Translations under genes and position numbers: made by a program | Assembly: GCF_001194135.2 (NCBI RefSeq) | Contig: NC_068984.1 | Coordinates: forward strand, 83,311,941 to 83,365,585 | Reading direction: 5' to 3' | Origin: Octopus bimaculoides | Lineage: Eukaryota | DNA length: 53,645 nucleotides | Part shown: piece by piece, positions 37,390-50,557 of the stretch | How the letters are laid out: every line of letters begins with the position of its first letter | Numbering within the stretch: the first letter of the stretch is position 1 | The notes under the pieces: generated by a model | The model's input: the letters and a program-made list of their open reading frames with translations, nothing else | Databases searched by the model: none | Told to the model about the DNA's origin: nothing

Positions 37390-38280
37390 CTTAGATTGAT
37401 GTAGTTAACAATCAGCAAATACAGGAGATCAGCAGACACAAAAGTTCAGATACAATAGTATGTAGGAGGACTCATTCGGATAAGGAGCTAGTAAGTTAGT
37501 TTGTGTTGATGACTGATCTAGTAGAAAGACTTTTCGGGTGACATAGTTCAGAATACGTGGGAGTGCATGTGTATATACGGGTAATCGTGCACAGAGAAGG
37601 AATTCTAGAGTTCTGCTGTTCTGGAGAGAAGGACTGAGAAAAGTGCTTGAAGCAAAACATAGTTTGGAGAACGAGACAGGTCAGGGTTTTTACGAGGAAT
37701 AAAAGCGGATTTGTGATGTGGGTGTAAATGGAGAAAGTAATTAGCTGATTCAGAAGAATAAATGATGTTGCAGCACCAGTTTAGTATAGCAGTAGTACAG
37801 TCCCAGTTAAGTAAGTAGCAGTCTAATATAGCATTTTAATATGTCATAGTTAAAGTATTTACTATCCCAGAACAATAGTCCTCCCCTTTCAGAGGCAGAA
37901 TTGAAAATGTTACAGTTGTGTGGTTGCTCGTACGATAAACAAATATTTTGAGGATTAAAATTTAAAGCGATTTTATTTGCGTTGTTTTTGAAAATTTATC
38001 TGTGTTGTAGGGAGAGTCTATTAGTACAAAGCTATTTCCTTGGCATGTATAGTGTCTGCGTTTGTGGTGCTGTTTTTATTGAGTAGATTCTTATGTCAAC
38101 ATTGTTAAATTGTCTTCTAGGTCTTTACTCATAGAAATAGTGCACCTCTAGCTAACATGTCGAGGTAATGTGTGCATGACGACTGTAGGCAAAAAGTTAA
38201 AGAGAAAAGAGTGGCTGTATCATCCGCATACAAGTGTCTTTCATATATGGAGAGTACTCATGAAGAACATTTGCTATAAT
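37390..38280 (-). pseudogene. CR1/L2-group LINE reverse transcriptase remnant
   Basis: HLYADDT (YADD at 38219-38230), then QTQTLYMPRK (cf. KTQxxxISRK), SFSPEQ (cf. YFTPxQ) and LTSSLS, in colinear order. Confidence 0.7.
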
Positions 38281-38293
38281 ATAATAAGTAGGC

Positions 38294-38435
38294 TTCAAAT
38301 TCCGCCAAGGTCGACTTTGCCTTTCATCCTTTCGGGGTCAATAAATTAAGTACCAGTTGCGTACTGGGGTCAATGTAATCGACTGGCCCCCTTCCCAAAA
38401 ATTTCGGACCTTGAGCCTAGAGTAGAAAACAATAT
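38294..38435 (+). mobile_element. SINE family C, well-preserved core and tail
   Basis: ttcaaattccgccaaggtcgactttgcctttcatcctttcggggtcaataaattaagtaccagttgcgtactggggtc...cctagagtagaaa. Confidence 0.9.
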
Positions 38436-39250
38436 CATAAATAGGTGTTGAGCGAGGAGAAGAAACTTACAAAGACTAAGGTAAATAGTTACAGTTGCAA
38501 TAAGGTATTACGTGTTTATGTAAAGAAACATGTGGAGAAAGGAGGAATTTTGGCAAAGTGAGTGAAATTATTTGTTTAACATTTTCTCAAAGACTCATTA
38601 CATTTGCATATATTAAATATAAACACGAACATCGACGCATAAGTAACAAAGAGAAAAGAATAGTGAAAGAGAGAGAGAAAAAGAGAGAGAGGGGAGAGAG
38701 AAAGAAAAAAAGAAAGAAATGAGAGAAGAAAAGGTAGCTAATTTCTGTGTGTTTATAAGCCTCAGATCAGCCCCAATCAAGGGAACTTTGCCGTGAGTTT
38801 GCAAAATTTTCTTTCGATATGCATTATTTAGTTCGACATTATCCAATGTAATGTTCCATTTTTTAAGACATTTGATAATGGTTTGAGAAAGATTTGGCTG
38901 CTAATTCTAGGCGACAAAAACCTTCTCGATGTTTTGTGGAACCAACTGTATAATTTATGAGATATATATAAAGTGAGAATTTTAAAAAAAAGTCGAAGAC
39001 GGGTGCGTATTAGTTTAACGCTCCTCGGGAAGTGAGAAAGTCTTTAACGTTTCGAGACGACGCTTTTCAACACAGATTGCTATTTCAAAATACACATATT
39101 GCTATTTTAAATTAATACTGCTTATGTTGCACATCAAAACAAAGATAACGTTTTGTTTGAAATCCCAAGGACACGTTTGCTATGTTGAGGAACAATTATT
39201 TGATCACCGCACAACATGTATGGGTATGTATGTATATATGTATGTAATAT

Positions 39251-39537
39251 AAGGATAAAATCTTTATAAGAATTTATCAAGTAATCAGCGTGAAAAAACC
39301 TCATAAGGAAAAAAAACCCATCATTTTTTCCCCCCCATAAATATATATAATTTAATTTATATAAGGGCATTACTATATAATAATGCCTCACACTTAGACG
39401 GACTTCATAAGTCAAAACTACCAAAATAAGCACATTTTTACCGATCGCGAGGGAATGCAACTATTTTGGTAGTTTTGACTTATGAAGTCCCTCTAAGCGT
39501 GAGGCATTATTGTATAGTAATGCCTTTATGTAAATTA
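39251..39537 (+). mobile_element. Unclassified repeat: about 100-bp leader plus a long palindrome (76-bp arms 39353-39428 and 39462-39537, 33-nt loop)
   Basis: Arms match at 71/76 positions by hand comparison. Leader and left arm recur at 1480-1668. Confidence 0.9.
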
Positions 39538-39547
39538 TGTATGTATG

Positions 39548-39579
<32 letters not shown>

Positions 39580-39809
39580 AATTCTTGACAATAAACGTAA
39601 CACAAAGATAGTATCGGGATACGAACCGGTACCATTTCGGCTGGTTTGTCAAGTACATTTACGATGCAGACATCTTCGTTCCTCACTTTCTATTTTCTTG
39701 CAATCGAACTCTCTGTGTTTCCAGTATTTTAGTGAAATATTTCTCTTGAAATAACTCACTGGACTGAAACAGTACTGGCCTCTGTTTTCATAATAAATAA
39801 TTACATATA

Positions 39810-39907
<98 letters not shown>

Positions 39908-40444
39908 TGTGTATGTGAGGGAGAGAGAGAGAAAGAGAAAAGAGAGAAAAAATGAGGATGTATGTGTGTGTGTCTGTGTGTGTATAATTATACAAGCACA
40001 GCTCTTTAGAAGAATCATTTATATCAAAAACCCTTGACTCTCTCTGTCTCTCTTTCTTTCCCTCTCTGAGTCTTTCTCTGTATCTCTCTTCCTCTCACAC
40101 ACACACTCTCTCTCTCTCTCCCTCTTTTCCTGTATGTATGCGTAGGTGTGTGTGTATGCGCATGCGTGTGTATGCATATGTATGTTCCATATATATATAA
40201 ATATATATGTATAAATATATATACATACATATATATATATTGATTTGTATAGATCTCTAATTTTTTTTCAACTATAGAAATATATATATATATATATATA
40301 NNNNNNNNNNNNNNNNNNNNNNNNNNNNNNNNNNNNNNNNNNNNNNNNNNNNNNNNNNNNNNNNNNNNNNNNNNNNNNNNNNNNNATGTATGTATGTATG
40401 CATGTATGTATATATATGTATATATGTATAAAGATATATATATG

Positions 40445-40475
<31 letters not shown>

Positions 40476-41356
40476 GCACACATACATACACACACATTCA
40501 CATATATAAACATATATATTATTTGTATTATATAAACTTATATATACATACATATATGATATATACACACTTGTATAAACAGACAGAGAGAGGGGGAAAG
40601 AAGAGAAAACAAATATGCTAGCCAATTGAGCTAGGTAGGGGTCTGTGGTCAGTATTCAAGGAATACAGCGCCATGGTTTGTTGACCAGACGTGCGTGAAC
40701 TTCTGTCTTTTTTTGTTTGTTTTTTTTTTGTTTTTTCTTTATAAACGAAGTCAAAAAATCGTTAGCCATTGGTATCATAACGTTAATAATATATTTCAAC
40801 GATAAGCAAGCGGGGAAATGCTGTCGATTCTCTTATATCTTTAGGTTATTTATTGCGCCCCTCTTTCCTCGTTTGTGCTTAGTTTTGGATGTTATTTCAT
40901 ATAAAATATAATCGAGAGGGAGGAGTGACTGGTTTATGAGTCGCTCCAATTCAAATAGATTTATGTAGCACAATCGTTAGAGCGTTCTGGTCATTGTTCC
41001 CGCTGCTTTGCACTCTTGAGTACAAAACTGCTTGTGAAACATTTCCAGTTCAGTCTCCTTTATTCCATAAATAAGGTTCTGGCCTTGTTTCAGTTTTTAT
41101 CACCACCTCTTTCTCGTCTGCACACATTCGCTCCTTCAGAATCAACCACACTGTCCTAGTAAAGGATCAATGGGTACAATTGACAAGGTAGCATGTACTA
41201 GTCATATAGACCTCACTTAGATCTAGCGCGACACAAGTGACGCAAGTGTAACGGTTCATCTGAAGGGCTTCTTCGCAGTTTTCCCAATTCACTCATTTAC
41301 CTTTAGTTGACTTGGATCAACTAGAGGCAAATGTAAAATGCATTCTAGTATAGGTT

Positions 41357-41404
<48 letters not shown>

Positions 41405-41771
41405 ACCCAGAACCTCATCATTGCGAAGCGAACTTCTTAATTATTCAGGCAGGCGTATATGTACGTATGCACACACACGCACACGCACGCACACGCACGC
41501 ACACATACATACATACATACATACATACATACATACATACATACATACATGTATGTATATATACATATACATATATATGTACATATATGTATGTGTGTGT
41601 ATGTGTGTGTGTGTGTGTGTGTGTATGTGTGTGTGTGTGTATACGTACACTTGAATTGGAAATTACTTGCTCAGCACATTGGGAAAATTTTTAATATAAA
41701 TATGTATAAGTATATATAGTAAAGCATATATAATTTCTAATATAAGTGTATCTGCGTACAAACACACACAC

Positions 41772-41802
<31 letters not shown>

Positions 41803-41878
41803 TGTATGTATGTATGTATGTATGTATGTATGTGTGTATGTGTGTATGTATGTATGTATTTATGTATGTATGTATGTA

Positions 41879-41911
<33 letters not shown>

Positions 41912-42556
41912 ATGTATGTATGTATATATGTATGTATGTATTTATTGATGTTTACATATCAATACATTTTCATATTTACAAAGAAAACTACATGAAACAA
42001 TATTACAGAATACTAGAAATTTTTAAAATTAATTGTGTGTGTGAGTGTGCATGTGTTTGTGTGTGTGAGTGTGCATGTGTTTGTGTGTTGTGAGAGCAAG
42101 AGAGAGAGAGAAAGAGAAAGAAAAAGAGAAATGGTAATAGTTTCTTGCATGTGAGTGTGTGTTGATATGTATAAATGAATGTAGTTATTTTTATATCTAA
42201 AACTACATGTTTTGAACCATTTTCATCGACACACTGACCTACATCACCTTATCTTTCTCCTCTCCATCATCAGGCCTCCTACTGTGCATGTATTTTTACT
42301 CCTACTTCTGCTAGTTACAAACAGAGCGTTGTGTGTTTTTAATAGTTCCATCGGCCAATTTTGTTTTGAAAAATCACAATTTCTGATTATACATCTTTGC
42401 TATGCCTCTCCGGCTCTGTCTCACTCCATCTCTTTGAGTGTACACACACACATACACACACATATATATAATATATACGCACATATACATATATATATGG
42501 AGTGTGTGTGTGTGTGCGTGTGTGCGTGTGTGTGTGTGGATAGATTGATGGATGGG

Positions 42557-42627
<71 letters not shown>

Positions 42628-43825
42628 GATGGATGGATGTAAACATTTAAAACTACCATCGGTGCTAATGCTAATAATCGTCATTTTTTAAAACATCCCA
42701 TTGGACTTGACCTGAGTCAAGCACTGGATCTACAGGAAACCAAATGAAGTTACAGACTTCTCAAACAAATCTTCAGCAATCTCTTCACAAACACAAAATA
42801 AAACTGAGTAAGCAACATAAGTGGATTATCATCCCACGAGGATACATTCATTCAAGCTACATCTGACTGTATCCGCACTGTGAGTGGCTTCAAAGAAAAA
42901 TTCAAATATGTTGAATAAGTCCCTGAAAGCAGTGGAAATAGATGATGAGCACAGCATCAAATATATGTTCGGTCTTTGAAAAGAGAATATTTTCAAACGA
43001 AACAACTATTATCATCAGCGTTTCCCTTTAAATCACACATCACCGTCTTTTAAAAACAAAGAGCATACTGGGCAATGTAGCCCTAGATACACAATATCTT
43101 AAAAATATATTATGATAACTATGTCTATCCCGATTTTTATTACAAGTCTACTTCGTCAGGGCTGACCTGGAGTTAAGCAGTAACGACATGGGCTAGAAAG
43201 GACTTTAAGAGGGCTGACGATGTGGATAGGAAGTACGAATAATTCTTCAACAACAACAACAACAACAACAACAACACTAACACCATTTCTGTGAAGTGAC
43301 TGAAAATTCCATCTTGAGTTGATTTGCTTCTTAAGCTGCTGAGTTTAAAGCCCATAAACTTTTTCCAAATAATTCCTTGCTATTTTATGGTACTTCAACC
43401 TTAAGGTATCAATCATCTCAATTTTCGATGAGTCCGACGACAGAATGCAAGGAGACTTTACAAAATACATCAATACACTTTATCAAAAAATGCTCAATAG
43501 ATTCTACTAATTCTGTAATTTTATATATCTAAACCTTTCAAGTTTTGTTTCATCTGTCTTTATTTCTCATCATTGCCTTTTCTCCCAACAGTAACCCTTT
43601 GCACTTATAGACATACTACGCGATACACACGCATTGCTTCGGTCTCAGAACCAATGTCATTTAATGGTAGCAATACATTTCATTTACTATATTTTCCAAC
43701 CAGATGTAACAGTAAATATCTTTCAAATGACACACTAACATCTTAAACTAAGAAGACTCATTGTACAATGAAATATGTGAAGTACGAAAAATACCGGATG
43801 GAATGGCCACGACTGGAACATCTTT

Positions 43826-43871
43826 GATAATAGGTCTAGGGCTGACCAGATAATAGGTCTAGGGCTGACCA
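43826..43871. repeat. Perfect 23-bp tandem duplication inside a family D remnant
   Basis: gataataggtctagggctgacca x2. Confidence 0.97.
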
Positions 43872-44355
43872 GAAGACAAATAATAACAACGTTAATAGCA
43901 GCAGCAGTTTAGATTAATAGCTACTATCAAGCAAGAAGAGAAGCACAACTCCCTTTCAGTAATAACGGTAAACTCAGCTGTTCTTCGGCACAGAATTTTC
44001 TAGAATAACGGAAACGCCTGATAAAGAAAGTAAAGAAATGTGAAAAGATTTGACCGTCATTAGAAGTTGAGTTCTGAAAGTCGTCAACTTTACTTATCAT
44101 TTAATAGAGATAATTCTATGTTAAAATAACTTCCTTTCCGGTTCTATAAAAGACTAAATCTGCGCACTCTATAAATCCTGTTCCTGCACACATATACACG
44201 CACGTGAACACATACAAACACACTCACTCACGCATACACTTGTACGTGTGTGCGAGCGAGTTTGTTTCTGTATGTGTGAGTGTTTCAGTCTGCAGATAGT
44301 TGCACACACACAAACGTATGAGAAAATATGTGTGTGAGTGTAAATATATGTATGT

Positions 44356-44450
<95 letters not shown>

Positions 44451-45276
44451 TATGCACGCACGTATATGTGTTTGCGTTTGGTGTTTGAGTGGTGTGAGAT
44501 TTTCACACCAGCTGAAGTCTTATCAATAAATGTTGACTGAGGAAGAAAAGACAAAGTAATAACAATCATAAGTTGTTTGGCTTCGAATCCTTATCGGTAG
44601 AACCCCATCCTCAAATTCTTGACCTTGGACCGGAGTGAGAAATCTTATTATTATATATTATTATAGCAGTAATTAATATCACTTTGTCTTTTCATCCTCC
44701 GAAGTCATTGAAACAAAGTGCCAGTCAAACACCGACTCGATTAAGTTGACTTTACACGAAACAGAAAATTGTGGCATTGAGTCTAAGTGTAAATATTTAT
44801 GGTAGGCTATCAATGGAACCGATTCCTTATCATACATTGAAATACGTAAATACATATATATATATATATATATAGGCATACATACATTCACACATACATA
44901 TATAGGTGTATGTGTGCTGATTGTATATATATATAGATAGAGAGCTAGCTAGCTAGCTAGATAGATAGATAGATGTGTGTATGCATTTTTGTATTTATGC
45001 GTGCAAGCGTGTATGTGTGTATGTCTTGTGCGTATGTATTTTCTTTAGGATTTAAATTCTTTTGGTCTTTTCTTTCTCATTTGTTGAATTCAAGATGGCC
45101 ACTAAGTGACAAGGCTGTTTTTGTTTCTTCTTTCTTCAGCTAAGATAGAAGCTGGGGATTGTGGTCGACTGAATCAGTTGATGTGTGTATATATGCATGC
45201 TTGTGCTCATGAATAACTTGTATTTGTTTCGTGGCTATGCGTTTTGCTCTAACATACAAGTGTCTGTGTCTCACTG

Positions 45277-45339
<63 letters not shown>

Positions 45340-45352
45340 TGTGTGTGTATGC

Positions 45353-45385
<33 letters not shown>

Positions 45386-45407
45386 TGTTCATGCATTCCA
45401 TAAGTAT

Positions 45408-45618
45408 GTGAGGGCGCATATTTTAGGATATTCGGCTCACGATCGTAAGGTCGTAAGTCCGATTCCTAGCGATACGTTGTGGTCTTGAGGAAGACATTTT
45501 ATTTCACGTGCTTCAGTTCACTCAGCTAACGAAAATAGGTTGTACTTGCATTTTACAACGGACTAGCCTTATCACATTCTGTGTCACACTGAATCTCCCT
45601 GAGAACTACGTTAAGGGC
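45408..45618 (+). mobile_element. SINE family B variant, 3'-truncated
   Basis: ggctcacgatcgtaaggtcgtaagtccgattcc...gtcttgaggaagacattttatttcacgtgcttcagttcactcagct...gaatctccctgagaactacgttaagggc. Confidence 0.8.
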
Positions 45619-45825
45619 GAAACTTTTGTTGCGGCAATCGACGTATAATGCGCAAAGGTGACGATGAAATACCGCCACTTCCGTAGCTTTCGACACACTA
45701 TTGCGTATGACTATATTCCCTTTCCTTTTAAGATGTAATACGTCCTCATCTTGGGCCGTAACAATGACGAAGACACACACCAATATGGCAAGACTAAGAT
45801 ACCAATTTCCGGACAACGACAACAT
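45553..45825 (-). CDS. Candidate orphan 90-aa ORF with a signal-peptide-like N-terminus (unverified)
   Basis: MLSLSGNWYLSLAILVCVFVIVTA|QDEDVLHLKRKG. First Met after an in-frame stop, purine at -3, CpG-rich context. The last about 21 codons and the stop come from the antisense SINE. No recognisable homologue. Confidence 0.25.
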   Translation of the reverse strand: MLSLSGNWYLSLAILVCVFVIVTAQDEDVLHLKRKGNIVIRNSVSKATEVAVFHRHLCALYVDCRNKSFALNVVLREIQCDTECDKASPL

Positions 45826-46013
45826 GACTACGGCGGACGTTACTACAAGGGCAATTTAAGAACCTGACTGACCACAGCCCACCCTACGCCACATATTTCG
45901 TGTGCAATAACAGGTTAACAAAAATAGAAGTATTTCATTGCTGGCTGTTTATGATACCATGAGGTTCGACTTATAAATACATGCATTCATACAAATATAT
46001 ATATATATATATA

Positions 46014-46291
46014 ATGCCAAATGGGACAAAAACGCATAACATCCATACAATTAGATGATACAAGAAAGGGACAACAAGACATCCAGATAGACGATACAAA
46101 GAAAACAAGGACAAGTCATTCGGAGTTTTCTTTCGTAGTCGAGTTCCAGATTATCTTTGCAATTTCGGCTGGTTATACTCGAGATTGCTCCAATCTGGCC
46201 AGCCCCAAGGAAAAACTAAGCTAAGAGTATTAGATGCCTTGAAAGAAAGCAGCGAATGTATACAAAAACAAGGACGGAAAATAAACGAACA

Positions 46292-46292
<1 letters not shown>
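46014..46292. mobile_element. Unclassified (TA)n-flanked interspersed repeat, family E
   Basis: Discrete block between (TA)n/(TACA)n arrays with an internal imperfect direct repeat (atcc...agatgatacaagaaa / atccagatagacgatacaaagaaa). Recognised from recall as an abundant octopus repeat. Confidence 0.55.
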
Positions 46293-46362
<70 letters not shown>

Positions 46363-47300
46363 CATACATACATACATACATACATACATACATACATACA
46401 TACATACATACATACATACATGGAATGACTCTTCCTTGAACTATGTTTCTTCAAAATAAGTTATTATGGAAAGTCTTCATAGAATAATTTGTAAATATTT
46501 TATAAAATATTTTGTGATATAACTTTAAATATATAAACTGACGTTAGATATAAAATAAAAAGAGAATTTACATCTAAGATTTAATTTAACAAAATGTTCT
46601 GTCTGTACCCGCTCCATATGTTAAGTGCTCCAAATTGCACCAAATAAATTTTCTCTAATGGTATGATATCCAGTTACAATGTTCTTTTTAGTTTATTTAC
46701 TGCATCGTAATGTCTTTTTTCTTGGTTAGCCATCAACACTACTAGGTAGCTGCGTCATAAATAACTCATTTGTACCTTGCTCTCATTAAAATTTTTTTTA
46801 TGAGTTTACATAAAAAAAATACGGTGACTAATAGCACACAACTATTAGATGCACCGAGCCAGTCTTCAGAGCTAGTACTGGTTGGTGGCAAGTCATTTTT
46901 TGCATACGTTCATATGCGTTCCAACATTGTATTGGAAATATTTGCTGTCGACGTCTTCCACGTCATACAGGCTGAAGCATTTGTTTATCTTAGTCGCTCG
47001 AAGTTCCAAGTTCCTCAGATCTCCATAACATCAACATGAGTTACAGATGCCAGAGACTGAAAGAATTTTATCAGAACAGCGAGTTTCATATTTTCAATGT
47101 ACTAACGCTGTATTCGGTATAATGATTCTGTCCGTACTGCAAAACGAAACTTAAAGTTTCTCCTGTACGAAAGTTATTTGAAAAGACATAACCTTTCAAA
47201 ATCACAGTCTCATATGAAATCTCAGTTATTTGTTCTTTGATAACTCGAGCGGTTTCAAAGTTTAACTGCAGTCAGATCTCGTAAAGTAAGAATCAAATAC

Positions 47301-47445
<145 letters not shown>

Positions 47446-48075
47446 ACCTGTGTAAGCGCGTGTGAGTAAATGAAATATGAAGATATCAAATGTTCCATCA
47501 AACCACTAACATCGGACGAGCCAGCGAAACAGCCTTTTTGAGGTTACTTGATACTTGACAAGCTAGAAATTACAGTCAAATCTTGCTCAAATTACCTACT
47601 ACCAACTTAGGAATATAAGAAAATAAAGAACACATTGGTTAATATAGCTCTAAATACACGGAGGTCTGTCCAATGGGAGGTTGACCTAGTGCTTAACAAC
47701 AAACAATTGGTGAATACGAGTAAATATAAAGGGTGAGAGAAAGATGTAGAATGTAGGCGGGGAAACGATATAGAAAATGACGGTCAGGTTAATTACTTAT
47801 AGTATTGTGGTAGCAGATTTACCGTGTCATCTTGGCAAAATACGAAATACGAAAGTCTTACATTCCTGCATACATGTGTTTGTTTAAGTGCAGCAGGAAA
47901 TGCTACTTTTACTTGCAAGGGAAGGCTAGTATGTATGTTTATATGCTTCTAATTTGCAAACAGACAGTTCACTATTTTTTTTTCTTTCTCTATTATTCTC
48001 TTTCTAAGAATATAAATATATAAATGTCGAGAAAATGATAAATAGTCATAAAGACAGACAGACAGACAGACAGAC

Positions 48076-48136
<61 letters not shown>

Positions 48137-48719
48137 AACAGGCAAGAATTTTGTTAACAGACTAGTAGAGAGGTACAACCGTTTGTTTTTGCGTAAACCA
48201 TAACATAAAAAAGCAGAAAAGAACAAAGCGAAGTAGGCTTTTTCNNNNNNNNNNNNNNNNNNNNNNNNNNNNNNNNNNNNNNNNNNNNNNNNNNNNNNNN
48301 NNNNNNNNNNNNNNNNNNNNNNNNNNNNNNNNNNNNNNNNNNNNNNNNNNNNNNNNNNNNNNNNNNNNNNNNNNNNNNNNNNNNNNNNNNNNNNNNNNNN
48401 NNNNNNNNNNNNNNNNNNNNNNNNNNNNNNNNNNNNNNNNNNNNNNNNNNNNNNNNNNNNNNNNNNNNNNNNNNNNNNNNNNNNNNNNNNNNNNNNNNNN
48501 NNNNNNNNNNNNNNNNNNNNNNNNNNNNNNNNNNNNNNNNNNNNNNNNNNNNNNNNNNNNNNNNNNNNNNNNNNNNNNNNNNNNNNNNNNNNNNNNNNNN
48601 NNNNNNNNNNNNNNNNNNNNNNNNNNNNNNNNNNNNNNNNNNNNNNNNNNNNNNNNNNNNNNNNNNNNNNNNNNNNNNNNNNNNNNNNNNNNNNNNNNNN
48701 NNNNNNNNNNNNNNNNNNN

Positions 48720-48784
<65 letters not shown>

Positions 48785-50557
48785 ACGTGTGCATATGTGT
48801 ACGTATGCATGCATATGTGTGCGTATATATGTATGCATGTATGTTTGGATGGATGTGTTTATGTAAGTTTGCATGCATAATTGTGTGTATACACACAATA
48901 TGCATATATTCCTTCTCAAGCGAAGAATGTGGTGTGGTAATCAAAATAGAAGTGAAGAAAAACAATATAATTAAATTAGATGCGAGAGTAGCAGGGCGAA
49001 GTAGGGAGTGTTAAAGGAGGAGTGAGATAGGAATATATTAATTTAATTAAAAACAGAACAACTAGTGAATCACTTCTAATTAAGGACTATGCTGTTGTGG
49101 GTGTTTTATGCGTTTGTACTTGTGTGTGTTCATGTTTGAGTGTGCGTATGCACGAGTGTGTGTGTGTGTAATACTTCAATCTACGTGCGAGTACGTTTGT
49201 GTACATGTATGTTTGTATGTGTTGGTGTTTATGTCTACACATGTTTGTGTGTATGTATCTGTGTGCGTGCACGATCGTTGAACGGGCGTTTTTACGAACC
49301 CGCTTAGTTACCCACACCACATCTAAATAGACGAAACAACGGACTAGCGTTTACGTGGATGTGATCGCTCGACCTGCTAGAGAGTTATTCAAATTACAAT
49401 CAACCATCTTTAAAAGACGGAAACACACAATGGCAAATGTCGCTCTAGACATTTCTACCTTCTCTTCTCACTGTGCCCAGCATGTGGTGATGATGAAATT
49501 GATGATGTCGTGATGTGAAAGTTTCTTGTTTGGCCCCCTTTTATAGCTGATTTATTGTATGTGAAAGAGGGAGGGGGAGAAAGTGCTCGGATCCAGTACT
49601 CGATTTACCTTACCTAACGAGACGGAGTGGATAAAACTCAACGTTAGCTTTGACGGGGTTTGAACTCAGTGCAGAGAACCAGAAAAAATACCGCAAAGCA
49701 TTTTTAATACTTCACTCTGACGACTCTACCTACCCTATTCTCCACTTTGATACCTCTATAAAGACGCTCCGGTCGTGACACACTGGAACAGCATATCTGA
49801 CCTAGATGTTAAACAACAACGATACTGTAGTTGAGGTGGAATGGTTGCCTTGAGTCTTCTTGTTATAATATTTGATTATATTTAACTGTGAAAAATGGGC
49901 AAACAGGCCCCCAGAATGGACATGCAATGAGGCTGTTCACCTTGTTATGGATAGAAACCAATAGTGGAAGCGGATTGGCTAGTACTGAGTATACGAGACT
50001 GTTTACATTAACCCTTATAAAAACGGAGTGCCAACGAAGAACCCTATAAGACATAACGAGAGCACTCTGTGTGATCACTCAACCTGCTAGAAATAAAACC
50101 TAGTCTCCCTTAAATTACACTGTACTGCCTTTTAACAAATGTATCATACATTAGTTAATGTACTCTTGGATCCTTTGTTCGAATAAAAGGCAGGATGATC
50201 ATAATTGTTGCGACTTTGATTAAATGTCTGATCACTGCTGACCTGGAGAATGGATACCCTCACAACGGAACAGAGTATTAAAGAAGATCGGATTACATTG
50301 GGCCTAAAGGGGTTTAAATGACTTGGCTGTTAACAAACACAGTGCCGCTGATGAGATACGAACCTTCCACTCTTTACTATTACTAATCCGGTATGAAGCG
50401 ACTTTTACTACATGTTATTAAACTGATTTCTTTGGGGCAAATATGGTTACCTTAAACAAACATGTTACCGCTGTTTATACCCAAGTTTGCCGTAACAGAG
50501 TAGATCTATCATCAAAAACGTACAGGCGTAACTAACTCGTCTTTTTGTGGTATCGAG

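Noticed and set aside
38121-38164. 44-nt plus-strand exon candidate with good splice sites
   Set aside because: It lies antisense within the CR1 RT remnant, which already explains the sequence.
40990-41160. Possible RTE LINE 3' end on the minus strand (KEVV...QAVLYSR)
   Set aside because: Similarity is too weak to call by eye.
46770-47039. 89-aa plus-strand ORF and partly open antisense frame (CYGDLRNLELRATKINKCFSLYDVEDVDSKYF)
   Set aside because: No recognisable family and no consistent splice sites. Possibly a decayed transposon. A TBLASTX search would be needed.
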